A DNA stretch of 64,000 bases from Obrimoposthia wandeli (GCA_977020255.1 CDROCS010002570.1:806001-870000), one strand, 5' to 3'; positions 29,201-44,200 are shown, counted from the first letter of the stretch. A program made the numbers and translations. Notes: a model not told the origin generated them from the sequence alone.

Positions 29201-32200
29201 AGCAGCCACTGGTACAGCCCTGGAGCGGATTGCTGTGGTACGAGACCACACCAGCCGCTGATGCATCACCTCTGGACACTGCTGGTAGAAGACGCTAACT
29301 TCCTTCAGCATCGCACATGAGCCAGTGTTGCGCAGTGCTAGAATCACTCCCGCACGACGCACTGGAACAGCAGCCTCGTGGACGTTCAGGATGTCTTCCG
29401 TCCGGTCCTTGTGCTCCCACTTTCGGTTGGGCGTTACCTTGGACACCGTCAAAAAGTACCTGCATTTAGAATGGCATGGTTCATGTCAGTAGCAATATGA
29501 AGATATACCTTAAAAATCCCAAACAAATGACCCTAACATTTAAAATGTAGGATCTCGGACATTTTTTTACTTTTAATAACCATGAAGAAAAGTGTATCAA
29601 CTGGAAGTAGCAAGGTTCACCCATCGATTCTGGTTTTTCAGTATTCGCTATCAATTACAATGCAGCATTTGAAGCCCTTTCTTTTTGATTTTGTCACGTA
29701 GTCTTTTAAAATATTCGGGAGGCTTTGCTTTTAGTTATTTGTGTTTGGTTTCTAAATATATTTTCAGTCTACGGAGTACCAAACGTTTTGGACCCAATAA
29801 TGACAACTTACACATTGTGGACTTGAGTTTCCAAGACCCGAGATAAAACTCAGTTTTGTGTTGGTTTCTAATTTTCTCTTCGCCTTAACTCTAACGTGTG
29901 CGATGAAAGGAAGTATGTTGTTGCGACACTATGATTAAACTAGCTACATTTTAAATATAAATAAATCAATACGACCAGCAGCTGATCAGTCAACGTGTAA
30001 GCACTGAATTGGAGAGTTTTTGGTGAGCACCATTGACTAGCTAATGAGTTGAGAAGATGCAGATTAATACATTAACTAAAAGGTGGCGTAGTTTAGCAAT
30101 TGATAAAACCCAAAATCACGTTGCAGTACCCATACATACTCTCCACAGCAAACACGTTGAAAAACTCTGAACCAGACTATATATAAATGAGACGTTCAAA
30201 ATCTTAGTTCTGAATTTAATTAGAGATATACACGGGGTGTGAATATTTTAACTTGAAAAAAGAAAACTCTGGAGCACAAACCTAATCGAACTATCAGGAA
30301 CGTAGTTGTATCTGGTAAAGGGAACGATCAGAAGTACTGGAGATGAAATGTTGAATCGTATGATTCAATACGAATGGATAACGGGTATTTTTGGAGAGTT
30401 GAATTGGTGATGTGGGATGAACTAATTAAAAGAACAAACTAAAAATAAAGAAAAGAGGAATTTATTTGCATACATACAAACTGCATTTTGTCCATTACTG
30501 GGAATATGAAAATGTAAAGATATATATTTGAATTAAATTTTCCGAAAATTTTTCTTTTTTACTTGTGCTCCCTTTCGCTATTTACTTTCTATGATGTCAG
30601 TTTGATAAGGATTTTTGTATACCAGTGTCGCGATTCCAATAAAATAAACCGTTAAATTTTCACGTTTACAACAATGTTTTTCACCTACCAAAGCATTCTT
30701 ACATAATCATCTTTCAGATAGCAAGATATGATCTCGACTTTATGACAGAGACATTGAAGATGCCATTTCCTTCAGGGTACCACTCTTACTTCTGTCTTGC
30801 GCCCCTAAAACTGTCAAGTACTGGTCTTTTTCAAGGTATCATCTACTAGAAATTGTTCATCTCTAATTATTTTGTCAATACTGCATTTGAATTTTAAAAC
30901 ATATACTACTAAATTTCTACGCATTTAAGATATTTTTGTTGCACAATCTTAATGGACCATTTAATTTCGCTGCCCTTGATTCATTAGCCAAAATTTAGTT
31001 GGAAATTGTTTAATCGATAATAATAATAATGCCAAACACGCACTCAAATCGGCTTCGAAATTATTGATTCGGGTTTATTTCACCCCCAGTTATCATGTCT
31101 GTCAGGTTGCCCAAAATGGCTCCATTTATTTGTCAGTCTATTAATCGGCGATAATGTGATACTTTCAGATTTAAAAGCATTCTATCTACAAATTTTCCGT
31201 ATATTTTTTGTGTATTACAAAGTACAATTTATTTGAATTAATAGTAATATAAAGTATTTTTAATATAAAAAATAATACGATTGGAAGTCACTGTGATAAC
31301 GCTGTTGTCATTCTAATGTTTCTAACGTCACTCTCTTAGTACAGTTTCTTTTTTAATTTCTCATATTTTCATTGCCTTGTGAAAGTCCCAAGGTTAACTT
31401 TGTTTAACAATGAAACACATTTTCAATTCATCTACAAAGATGGAAATATCACCGTTAATTTTCAACTGTTGTAATTGCAATTTAAATTAGCCATAACCGA
31501 AGTTGAGGTTGCCATATTATAGAAGCCTGTAAAATCGACTGTACTGGATCAATCACATATTCAAATTATGTCCAAAAAGCATTTGTTACAACATCAAGGA
31601 TTTATATCGCATATAGTAACATGAGTAGAGCAACCCAAAATATAACCTTAAAACAATTTTTTTAAACTTTATTGTGTATTATGTGACAATTTTCAGTTTC
31701 AGTTTTGTTTAAAATTGATTTAACTACATAAAACTGTCAATAATTACTTATTCTTCATCATTCAAGTATTATCAATACTTTTTTTTACAATCAAACACTG
31801 CTATATTAACAAATATTATTTTATATTGTTGTAATACAATATCATGTATTTTCCGCATTTCCACATTCATGAGCAACGCTTTACAATCATTTTTAGATTT
31901 CATAACACTTTATTTTATTTCGCTAATTTCATTATAATTTCTTCCATCGAAAATGGCTAAATTTATTATAATCCATATCCAATAATGTTCGTATTTAATA
32001 GGCTCTGTCGTTCGACATATCGGGTTCTATCAATATTTAAAAGCACATTTGACAGTGTCTGAAATATTCATAGAATTTCTGCAATTACTGAATAACAGAA
32101 AAAGAACATAATAATGTCGTTTGCCCGAGACTAAATTATGAAGAAGGACGTTCTTTAGATCCAATAGTTAATCGTAACCAGTCGAAAGCCATTTATCGTT

Positions 32201-35200
32201 TATTTATTAACTGGAAATTAGACCCCAGGTCAATTGAATCTAAAAATATCATAAAAATGATATCTTGACGTATATTGGCTTTTATAATTGGCCACGAATT
32301 TAATGGTGCAGAGTTTATTTATTAAAAATCTCTGAAAAAAAATCAAATGTTTATTACAGAAAATTTGAAATATATAAAATAGCGCAATATTCTTTTCCAA
32401 TACAAATGATTTTTCTTCATTATAATAATTATAGTAAAAAGAAAAGGACAATAGGAATTGAAAGAAATTTTCATTAGTGCTCAAAATAAGTCAGAAAAAT
32501 GGTAGAAAAAATGTTTAACAAAAAAATATTTTAATTATATTTTATATTATATTAGATTTTAAAATGCAAACAATCAATATTGTTAACATTTGCACTGTAT
32601 AGATTAAATTATTTTGTAATTTTAAAGGATTTTTATTTTACTTTTTAATTATACTTTAATTTAATAATTTTTTATACTTTAATAAATATAATAAATAAAT
32701 ATTTTTTTAAGTATTTATTTCATCTAGATTAAGTTTAATTTATTTTTTTCGAATATTAGATTTGTGTACCTTACAAATTATATATTTAGAAATTAATTTA
32801 CATGAAATCATTTATAACTTATATACAAAAATATATTGAAAAGTCAAGCGCATGTTATTCAATTATTTGAACATTATCTAAAAGCCTAGATGTAAAAGCT
32901 TTGCTTATTCGATTTTAAATTTCATTCATGTTTATCTCTATCCTGGAATTTGGATAAAGTTACATTTGTTGGGATTTTTAATTGACACTCTTAGAACCTC
33001 GTATGGAGGCCCCCAACGTGAGTTCTTTAGCGATAGAGCTTACATATGTTTGTGGCCTACCTATTCTTATCTTACCTATTTCGAGTCTCAATCTGAAGGT
33101 TTACTCTTTATGTTTTGTTGTTGGTGTGGTGTGTGAAATAACTGAGGAGGCCCTAATACTAATGTAGGTCTGTAGTAGTTTAGATTATATTTTATAGAAA
33201 ATCTGGTTAAAAACCTAGACTGGTTGAATATCGAAAATCCGGAGCCAAGCGACGATAACGATGTTCTTCCGGTAATATTGAGACACAACAATCCTCAAAT
33301 ACCCCAGTGCCCGAAATACCGTCACGTGGTTGTCCCTCGGCCGATCTATAGTTTAGAAGTACCTAAGTCTATGTGAAGAGAAGTAATAAATATGTGTAGT
33401 TTTAAATTTAAAATATTTCAAATTACATGTTTATTTAAGTTGTTCAAAAATATGATTTTAAATAGGTTAAACACAATATTGATATGAACAAAGAATAAAT
33501 TATTTTAGAAGTTATAATATTAATATTTATTGTATAAAATAATTCTTCGTTAGGCAGTTTTGTTTAAAATTTTGATTACTTAAAAGAATTTAAATAAATT
33601 TGTTTATTTAGTTTAAAATTTATCAGCTTTTACCGGTATTTAGCAGATAGATGAGAAAAATAAAAGTGTACAAATATTTAAAATTGATTATAATAATATT
33701 CACAGCTCCCCAGTTGAATTTATTCCCTTGTTTGAATTTAATCCTTTCCTTGTAATAATATGGCCTTATCAGGATATTATATTATTTTTCTGGGCGTTTG
33801 CAGCCTTTTTCTAGCTGCTGAAGAGATATTATGATTTATGTTGGTTTCAATTAGCGTTTCTGAGAAGTCATTATGAAAATTTTGTCATTAATGTGACGAT
33901 TTTACGATTCAATAGTAATTAGATAAGGACATTTGCAGTTGAAATGCCCCATAAACTTGACTAATTCATACTGAGACAACAAGTTTATGGCTTATGAGTT
34001 TGCCAAAATCTTCATCATTTTCTGAAAAGCTTTACAATTCTTTTTACAACAATACAATAATATTATTCTTCGGAATATTTTCTGAATAGTAAATTCTTCA
34101 GCTGCTTTTTGAATTTTTCAAAAATGTTAAAGTTTCTTTTATTATTTTATTATTTGAGAACTACTTAATTATTATCCAGTCATCACTGTTGATCCTCAGA
34201 TGCATATACATTCTCACTACATCAGACTCGAGAAGATCACATAAATATTTGGGAATTAGTGAGAGAATACTTTTAGTAATAATAAATTGGATATGGAATC
34301 CAATTCTGGTATTCATCAGTAGTTTATGGTGCTTCATTAAATGTTTACTTATTATCCCCTTTTCTTCGATTTGAATAATATTCTGACAGCTTTGTAAAAA
34401 TAATTGCAAGTGATTTAGTTGATCAATATTATTTATTAGATAATTTTGAAAATCAAGTTTTGATGCACTAATTGCGTGTGTCAGTACTAAGATATTTTCT
34501 TATTATATAAATATTTTTGATATAACTGTTGCATGTTCACATCACTTTATTGATTTGACAATTCATTGTAATGTTTTCATCGAGGACCCAACCACAGTGT
34601 TTTTAATTTTACTTATTACATAAAAATATTTTCACCGAAATCCTTACGAATGTTTAATATTAAAAAGTTACTGTTATAAAACATTTTTCATCAATTAGTA
34701 ATGCAATTAATTAACCAATGTCATAATTGAAATCATAAAATATGTGTACTGACAACCCACTAATAGGGAGATAAAGGAAGGCGCAATGTTTAACGGAAAA
34801 TAATTATAAATTAAAGAAGAGATTTGTAACTTATAACTGTTGGATGTATATCTTCTCCCGTATCAGTATTGACTGTATTTTTTAGATTTTTTATATAGTA
34901 AGTTTGTTTATAAGGTTCTAAATCACACAACTATAAAATGTTGGTTTAATTACTCTTTCTAGTGCTTCCATTTAGTTTAAAGCCCGACTCTTTCGATTTA
35001 ATTCAATACATCTGTTTCAAATCCTTCTGAATTTTGCATTGTCAAAGAATACTAAAGTTGGTGAATAAAAACCACCCATAGATTGAAACGCTATTCCTAC
35101 ATACAAAAAACCAAAATGCAGCGTCCAAGTGACCATTTGGTCACATACTCCATATTTCCTTCATCCAAATCCAAATCCATCCTCGTGACTAACAACATCG

Positions 35201-38200
35201 GCATCAAAAGAAATCACTACAATAACACATCCATTTGTTACATATTCGTCTTCATTCGTATTTATTAGGAACTTCGTTTATTCCAGAGTGAAAAACTGCA
35301 TCCTTGTATTAGTTTTAAAATAGACAAAAAATGAATGTATTATTGTAATGTTAATTATGCTACTATGCTATCATATATTAAATTGGAACAATTTGTACCA
35401 TTCGTAAATTATACTTATCATTCAAATATTAATATTTATAAATTTTGTGAGCAAATATTATTTCATAAATAAACTGACATTTTACACCGGCAAATGGGAT
35501 CGTTGTATTGGGGATTCCAATCAAACTAATATAAACTATTTAAAAGTCTGAAATAAACCGAAAATATCCTCAAATAAACAACAAACAGTTATATTTATGG
35601 CAATAAAGAGTTAAGTATTAGGTTATTTCGAACAGTAATCTATTCCAGGTTGTTCAGAACTTTCTCATTGTATTTCAAGATTCTTTGAAATAATAAGTCC
35701 ACTGTTTATCTGATGTGTTTATTTATTTAAAAATATATATTCTAAACGTTTTTTACATGCTTCAAGAATCATATTTTCTTAAAATTCCATTGAAATTGAT
35801 TCAGTATTTCTGTGCAGCATTTAGTTTACTTCCTAAGAAAGTTTAATTTATTCGATCGTCTTCTAACGATTTTCATTGGACTTTCTTCGATTGCTTCTTT
35901 GATGGCATCATTATTGACAGTACTTTGACACCCAGACCCGTGTTTGTCTGTTAGACTGGTGTCACAATCACGAAACCTTCTAAAATAAGCTCGCACCAGA
36001 TTTGGATTGACAATAGATTTCTCGTCTACATTGTCTACAATCTATACAATTTCTAAAAATTACGAATAAACCCAGAAATAAAATTGCTTTACTTTTGGAA
36101 CAACCCAAATTAAAAGAAATCAATGTTAAACGATAAATTTACCGGTCATTGAACTCGATGCTTTCGGTGTCTTGGTCCACCTCATATTTGAGAAGCTGAA
36201 GCGTCTCTTCACAATGCGGACCTGCTGAAGCCGCTGGCGGCGGTTGTCCAGGCCTCCCCGAGTTGCACTTGCGCATGGTGAATGCCAGCCGCACCGTTAG
36301 AGTGACGCCATGTTGCCGGCTGATAAAGGGAGACCTCAACCAACTGTCGGATGAGGTGTCCTTGATCTCGCAGACCCCGTAAACCGCATCTCCGTTCGGC
36401 GGCAGGTTTTGGATTCGCCACTGCATTGGGTTTTCAGTCCATTAAAACTTTGTTTCAATTACAGAAAATAACTAAAATTGCGTTTTTCAACCGCTTTTAG
36501 ATTCAACCTGCTCCTATTGTAGTGAAGAAATATGTATCCGCACTCACTTTCAACTTATGTAACAACTTCATGATATAGTGAATAAATTAAGAATCTGCTC
36601 AAATTATCTCAGTTATGGAAGCTGTGAAATGTTGAAACAAGGCACCAAAATACGAATGTAGAACTTTTGACCCGGACGTTTTGGTCCAGCGATTTGTTGA
36701 AATAAGACGTTTTGGTTTGGCCAAATTTTAATTAAAAAAATAAATATATTTCAACATTTATTATGCTGATTACATTTCTTATTAATATAATAAACTTATT
36801 TTTAAAATTAGAACAAGTATAACTTATTTCAACATTTATTAATACAAAAACACAATGAAATCAGAATATACATTAGGCTGGCCTGCACACAAGTTGTGAC
36901 TGACACCTTTGAGGAATTGTAAAAGTGACATTCTCCTTTTTTTCAATTTCACTTTGAGCTCGGTAGAAATTTTACACAGAAAATCGGAGATCCTGACATA
37001 ATTCCTTTATGCTTTTCTATTTGTAACAAAATAAGTTTATAATTTAGTAATTGAAATGAATACCAAATTATTCAAGATCACTTATTACATATTTTATGCT
37101 ACAAATCTTGAAATATATTTAATTTTTAAAATTAAATATGACCAGGCCAAAACATCCGTAGGCTAAAACGTCCATACACACTAAAACACTTTCATTCAAC
37201 AACTTATGCAGTTATTTGTGTTTATACATATTTTCAATAACCCTCAGTACATCTCAATCTTTTATGGAACTTGATTCTATATGTCAGAACAACTTATGGA
37301 TGAAAGAAATTTTAGTTAATTTGTCCATATAACTTGTTTAGAAAGTTAGAGAGGGTTGGTGTAAAGTTTTGACAGGGTTTTCTTTTCTTTCTTTTAATGG
37401 CATATTACAACTAAAAAATTAACAATTACATTAGAACATTTCTTATCTCCAAATGTCCATATCGTTGCTTGGTTTAAGTTCATTGCAAAATTTCATGCGG
37501 GGTTACGTAAACAACAACTTTTATGTGACCTAAATTTACCAAAAAAACTAAAGCAATCTATAACTGACGAAAAAAATAATGTTTCTTGAGAAAATTAAAT
37601 TTGTGACATTCTTACAGTAACAAGTGACCATATAATAAAGCTATTGGCTGCGGATCAATGCCAGAATTGAATTCTAGATCCAAATTATTATCATCAAAAA
37701 CGTATTCTGTCAGAAAATTATCTTCTCAAGGTGGTGCAGTTGTTAAGATTGGAATTATAAAATTATTAAAATAAAATTAACAATATAAAGAGAAATAGAA
37801 CCTTGAATTAAGGTTGAATAAAATAAATAGATTAACAATTTTTAAAAACAAATAAAATAAAATTAGGAAAAAGTAATTTAGGACCTTGAAGAGGTCAGGT
37901 GTATAATGTGATGTATATAAGAAAGTTAGATGTGGGAAAAATATAATAGAAAAATATTTAACTAGCTTTAAGTCAGAAAAGGAAAAACCCCAATGAGAAC
38001 GAACAGCCGATAGTCTACAAATCCATTATTTTGCCAGCTAATCAATTTTAGGTAGAATTTTATATAAGCAAGAAAGTTAATATCACAATCCGAACGCAAT
38101 CCAGCAAAGTGATCTAGTCAGAAAAGCAAAAGCGACTTGAAAAATCCACAGTGAAAAACAAGATTGACTGGTGAATTGGACCAGCAGAGATTTGAGACAT

Positions 38201-41200
38201 AACAAAAAAGGTAAAGATTAATAAAGAAACGACTCGTTTATGCTGCCATATCCAGAACCCAACTCACAAGGAATTCGGCAGAACCGAAAACCCAACTTTC
38301 CAAACTAGGAGACCAATCGGACAGATCGTGTCACCAAGCTAGCTCGGACGGACTTGGACTCAGTGACATCCATATATATTTGGTGAAGCGTGAATTTAAT
38401 ACAAATTGTGAAGTAATTTTGTGAGCGACATTTATCATAAAAGTGAATTTAATACAAATTGTGAAGTAATTTTATGAGCGACATTTATCATATAAGTGAA
38501 TTTAATACAAATTGGGAAGATATTTTGTGAGCGATATTTATCATAAAACGAATTTTCAATATAGATTGTGAAATATTGCGCGAGTAATTAGTTATCGTAA
38601 AACGAATTCAAGAGAAATTGCGAAATATCTGTGTAATCCAAAAGTTCATCGTAAAGGGTTATTATAAAGCGACCGGTTATAAACAATTGCAGAATATAAT
38701 TTTAGGATAGATACGGGAAATAAATTTGAACCGGTAGTTAGGTGAAGTTGGTTCAAAATAAGCAAAAGCTCTAGAACCTATATATTACAAAAAACGAAGT
38801 TGAGACGGGAAAACAAGTTAAATTAACTAGGTAAATTTAGTTTAAGAACGCAAAATCGATAAGTGTCATCTCCTTATTATAAAGTGTCTGGACTGCTTGT
38901 TGTAAGACGAATTATTCGTCAAATTGTTAAAATCTTTTTAAAGATAAAAAAATATAGTTTTTCCTACAGTTTGACTAGACTTAATGATATAGAGTGCTAC
39001 TAATCCCTTTTCACATCACACTACATTAGAGGGAACCTTACTAATTATCGTTGTATACATAACACTGTACACATCTCGCCAAAAATAGCACAAACCCTTC
39101 AGATTGAGACTAAGTTAAGTAAGACAAATCCTAAATAGGACACAACCATATGTAAGCCCTATTGCTACAGAACTCACGTTGGGGGCCTCCATACGAGGAT
39201 CTAGTTTCAAATAGAAATCCCAACACAGATAGTATGTATATGCATTTATGCACGACGATGACTGCATATTGATTAAGTAATTCTCAAATAATAAACAGAA
39301 TAATGGGATATTTATAATCGGAATCTTTACAACAATTTACTGATGAACATAAGAAACTATAACAAAGTTAGACAATTCAAAAAGTAGCCGAAGACTCAAC
39401 TATTCAGAAAATATTACTAAAAGTAATGTTATGGTTATTGTTTTTGTTTAATTGTATAAAAATAAATTTTATTTTCAAAATGCTAAGGTGCGTTTATATA
39501 ATTGGGTTTTTGGAACTTATTACTTTTGTCAATTGAGATTGTAGCGATCTCCTTTTGTGTAGTCTATTGTGTTAGTTGTAGCTGTGTAGCTGTGTAGTTG
39601 TGACAAAATACGGTTCCCTTAGTGTGTAAGAGCTGTCAACGCTGCCACGATTTAGTCGGCTTCTAGATAAAGTGCTGATGACAGGGTGGAGCCAAATATC
39701 ACGAGGTCATTGTTGGGTTGCCGCATTGTTCTCTGACAAACTCCATTGTCTTCGAGTATGACATCAACATTGTTGCATTGATGCCTAGCAACCCATGTGT
39801 CAGTTGGCGTACTGCTTCTATAGATACTTCAATATTTCTTTTCACAAATCTATTGAAGGTTTATTTTATCTGCACATCGATTTTCAACACTTATTCGACT
39901 ACCATATAAAATATGTTAAATATTTAGAAAAGGAAGAAAAAAAATAATTTAAATATTACAAAAATAGCTTGACAAAAAAGGCCAAAATCTTTAAAAAATA
40001 TTTTGGCCTAGAAAGGCCAGAATAATCTACTAACGAAATTAATTCATACGGAAAGATTTCTTTCTTAATTACGATAAATATAACTTATATTAACCATCAA
40101 CTCCATAATCAATTGTTATAACTAAACGTACAGTTTCATATTTTTGAAATATGCTATTTCGTTAAATAGAAAATAAGTTATTATTTGTTACGCAGTTTAA
40201 TTAATCACAGAATGAATGTTGTTAAAATGTCTGAAGAACAATTCTAGATAATTTCTGTGTATGCTAAATAATCAAAATCATCATTCGTATAAGGAAGAAG
40301 ATTTGCGAAATTAATATGAGGCGAAATAATGAAAATGTAATTGGCTAAGTCAAATATAAAATACTAACTATTTATGATAATTAGTGGTTGTACTTTTGCT
40401 ACAATTATTGATAATTTCATTTCCAGTATATTATTGATTATTTTCCAATCCCTTAAACATTTGTTTACAAAGTTATCTTTGCATTCACATTGCCAGGCCC
40501 CAGTTAGTTTGGTTGTACGATTCAATGCTACAATGTACCGAGGTGGTGAAGTTGCAGTGTTCTCTGTCAACATCTCCGAAATGCGCACGCGAGAAAGTAT
40601 GTTTGCCTCATGAGTGTGGCCTGTTATTTGTACAATGGAAAACTTATTGTTACATATTCAGAGTACAAACAAACAAACAGAACCGTACTGTTTTTTTCTA
40701 ATAAACTCTGTTTGTTTAGTATCAATTCACGACACGATTGTAAAGGTCACATCTCTCCTAAACGTGTTGCTCAAACTCGACAATTACAGAGAAGCGTCAG
40801 TGAAAAACCGATACGATTAGTTTTCGGGTCAAATATAACGATTTGCTCCATTACAAATTAATTATTCTTATGAAAATTAAATGAAAAATAATTTGTGTAA
40901 CTTATGTCTTGTTGTTTTTACAGTTAGCACTAGTGATTGTTTGGCAGAATGATATAGTTTAGTAAAATAATAAACAATCATTGCTTGGCAGAACTCCAAA
41001 ATAAGAAATAAACAATGTTTTTGCGAGTTCCTTTGCAGATGTCAGGTTTAACTGACAACTGCGAATTTTTAATAGATGGTAACTAATTTTCTATCAAAAA
41101 TCTGCTGTATACTCTATAATATAAACTCTGTATAATACAAATATACTCGGCTCACTTAATGAAAGTAGTAAAATATAGAATAAATAATTAAAATCGTACT

Positions 41201-44200
41201 TAAATATGCAATAAATAATAAAATTTATATTAAAACATTTTAAAGAAAGAAAAAAATTATTTGTTAATTAACTATTACAATTTTTCTACCTTATCTTACA
41301 ATAGTCAACTATGAAGACTCATATAGATTATAAAACTGTATTAAGATCTAATCATTCTCATTTTTTAGCTATTCCTGTTGATTCTATTAAAGTTCTTTAA
41401 GTTACCAAAGCACTGTTACTAAAACAGCAAATTATTTCCTATCAAAAAACTCCTAGAAACTTTATGATATAAAAATTAATACAAATATTTTTATTATATA
41501 ATTATGCAGGTACACAAAAACAAAAATGTATATTTAAAAACGTTTCTCAAGTCAGGTACAATTTTTAATAATTAATTTGAATTATATTATTGCAGTACGT
41601 TTTTTTTAAATGGAATTGATGACTTACAAAAACAATATATTAAAATAAGTATGTATACAGTTCATCAAATTATGAATGAGAAGATTGTCATTATGTGGTT
41701 TTAACAATTTAACAAGCTTTCATGATAAAGTCCCAAATCTTTGATTTTAGTTTTATAAATAAATAATATTTACTTCACAAGGAAACAATGTTTATAAATT
41801 CCCCTTAAAGTGTTGAATAACTCAGTAAACTTGTAAAGAGAACTTATTTTAAAAATTAAAAATATTTTAATGAATTAATAAGTAATCAAGAAAAAAAAAG
41901 AGATTATTCATACATGTACTGTGATATTATTTTAAAATAAATTATTTTACTATTAACATTTCTAAAATATTTTTTTTATAAAATTTATGATTTGTATTTA
42001 AATTATAAACTGGTTAAAAAGTGATGTTGTTTATTATTTAATTTTGTTCTAAACAAATCTCAAATTTTAAATAAACACTGTTGCAATTAAAATTGCACTT
42101 AATTTTAATTGCAAGTAAACAAGGCCGCGGAAGTGTTTTGTTTAACTATATCAAAAAAGAACACAACCGCAGTTTTTCAAAATAAATACACACAAATGGA
42201 TTCATTAGTTTACACTGATTGTTGTTAAGTTTTTGAGCTTGTGAAGTATTTGAGAAAGTAGCTGTATATATCTCAGTGTTGCTGTTGTTTGATTTTCGAA
42301 TATATTTCAAATGGATTCCTTAGTTTATACATATTATTAAAACAATGTAAATTTTCATCATGTTTACAAAATTTTACAATAATAGTCTGATTAAGTAAAA
42401 AGTGTATTTTTAATAACTTTTTAATTTAATTAAAATTCGAATAATCTATAAATTGTGGCTATTTATCTTTAACATCGAAGATGGGTTTCCTTTTTGTCAG
42501 TTGTACTTTATTTCCATAATTTCTGAAATCAACAAATTGGTTTTGACTTTCAATGTGAAACTCTTAGTTTGCTCAAAGAAATTAGAGTTTGTAAAGAAAA
42601 TTTAATTATGTATCAACGAGAACTTATTTAAAGAACGTTCCGTTGCTGCATCGTTGACTAATTATGGTCACATAGTTCGATGTTTAGGTTATAATGTACT
42701 TTCTGATTTTGTGCAGTAAAAGTTGATAATTTACTAGTACAGTGATTTTCTCTGATTTCACGTATGACAAGGAGAGTTATCGAAGTTGAAATCAGAAATA
42801 TTCCTATAAATAATTATCAGGAACAATATGAAAATTTAGATCCTCGACTTATACTTTGCTAAGGTTTTATAAATTTGTCTTTTAAAGATACCAAACAGTC
42901 TTAGACTCATTGATAAAGGAAGAGATTCGTGAATTTTGAGAAGCATACAATTACTTTAACGCTAGCTTTCCAATCTCACCAACTTGAATTTTCCGAAACA
43001 GTAGAAGAGTTTTACATGGAGCTTATTGAGTTATCTGAAGAAAACCTTTTACAATATCCATTGAATAATAAAGAATATCCCGCAAAAATCTGGAAATGAG
43101 CGACAGAGTACCCTTGCCTTCGGAAATATGCATGCCGATTGATTTCGTACCCAACATAACGACGATGGCTCAACAAAAGAAATCTCCGAGAAGTCATTAA
43201 AAGAGAAAATAATAATGGAATGATAAACTGTCTTAATTTAATTCTGTCTAAATAAATTAGCTATATTTTTAGGAGTTGTACTGGAGTTATACCTTTTTAC
43301 GTAAATTATAAATGTAATTATGTAGCCAATAACTGTAAAATAAGTATAAAAACTACTCAAAACCACTGGGTATAGTCTATGTGACCGCATCTGAATTAAT
43401 GCATGAAACGTTTAATTGGTAATTGATTTAGAGAATTCATTAGAAAGCTCCTCTCTTTTTTTTTGGGGGGGGGGGGGGGGGGATGAAACGTTTTCACTTA
43501 TAAATAAATAAACTTATTCTAATATGTCTCAAAATTTCTTCATATATTTATATCTCAGTAAACTTTCACAATAAATAAAATTTAAAAATGAAAATTATTC
43601 GAAACAAAATTGTATGAAAATATCTGCGCTTTACAATTGGAAAATGCATTATTGAAACAAAATTTAATGTTCATAGTCATAGAAACTACGTGTATGTGGC
43701 TTTTTAATGTCCACTCGTTTCTCTTTCATCTTATCGCAACCTTAAATAAATAGTGAAAACTGGAGAAGTGAGTTAGCCATGTCTCTCTGTATCTGTTTCA
43801 GTTGTTCGGCTTCGAAGGTTATTTATGACTTTAGAAGGTCCTGTTATGGAAAAAATTTAAATTAAATCAAAACAAAGTTCTACAACTTATTCTTGTATTC
43901 ATGACTTTTGTTCCCAAAAATGATCGGCCCACTCAAGTTGCGTACACGTCTCATCCATATTGCCAAATTGGTTAAGAGAATAATCCTAATTACTTCGCTG
44001 CTGTACATACTCTCTTGATGCCACCTTTTTGCCACTTTATTTGGCTTTTTCGACAATAAACGATGACATACAGTTAAAATGAATTGTTATGCGTTTAAAA
44101 TACGTAATTATAATTAAAAATACAAAAACACAATAAGGATTTCTACAAATTATTAAATCTTAAAACGGACAAGAACTTTTCTATGAATACATTTTACAAA

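Noticed and set aside
28919-29320. Plus-strand ORFs overlapping Eph exons (also 14515..14778 and 16079..16378; alternate-frame minus ORFs 29011..29196 and 36209..36421)
   Set aside because: Antisense or alternate-frame shadows of GC-rich exons, with no independent motifs.
38391-38640. Repeat arrays as possible CRISPR (also 56863 and 57660)
   Set aside because: Head-to-tail repeats without unique spacers, no cas genes, eukaryotic context.
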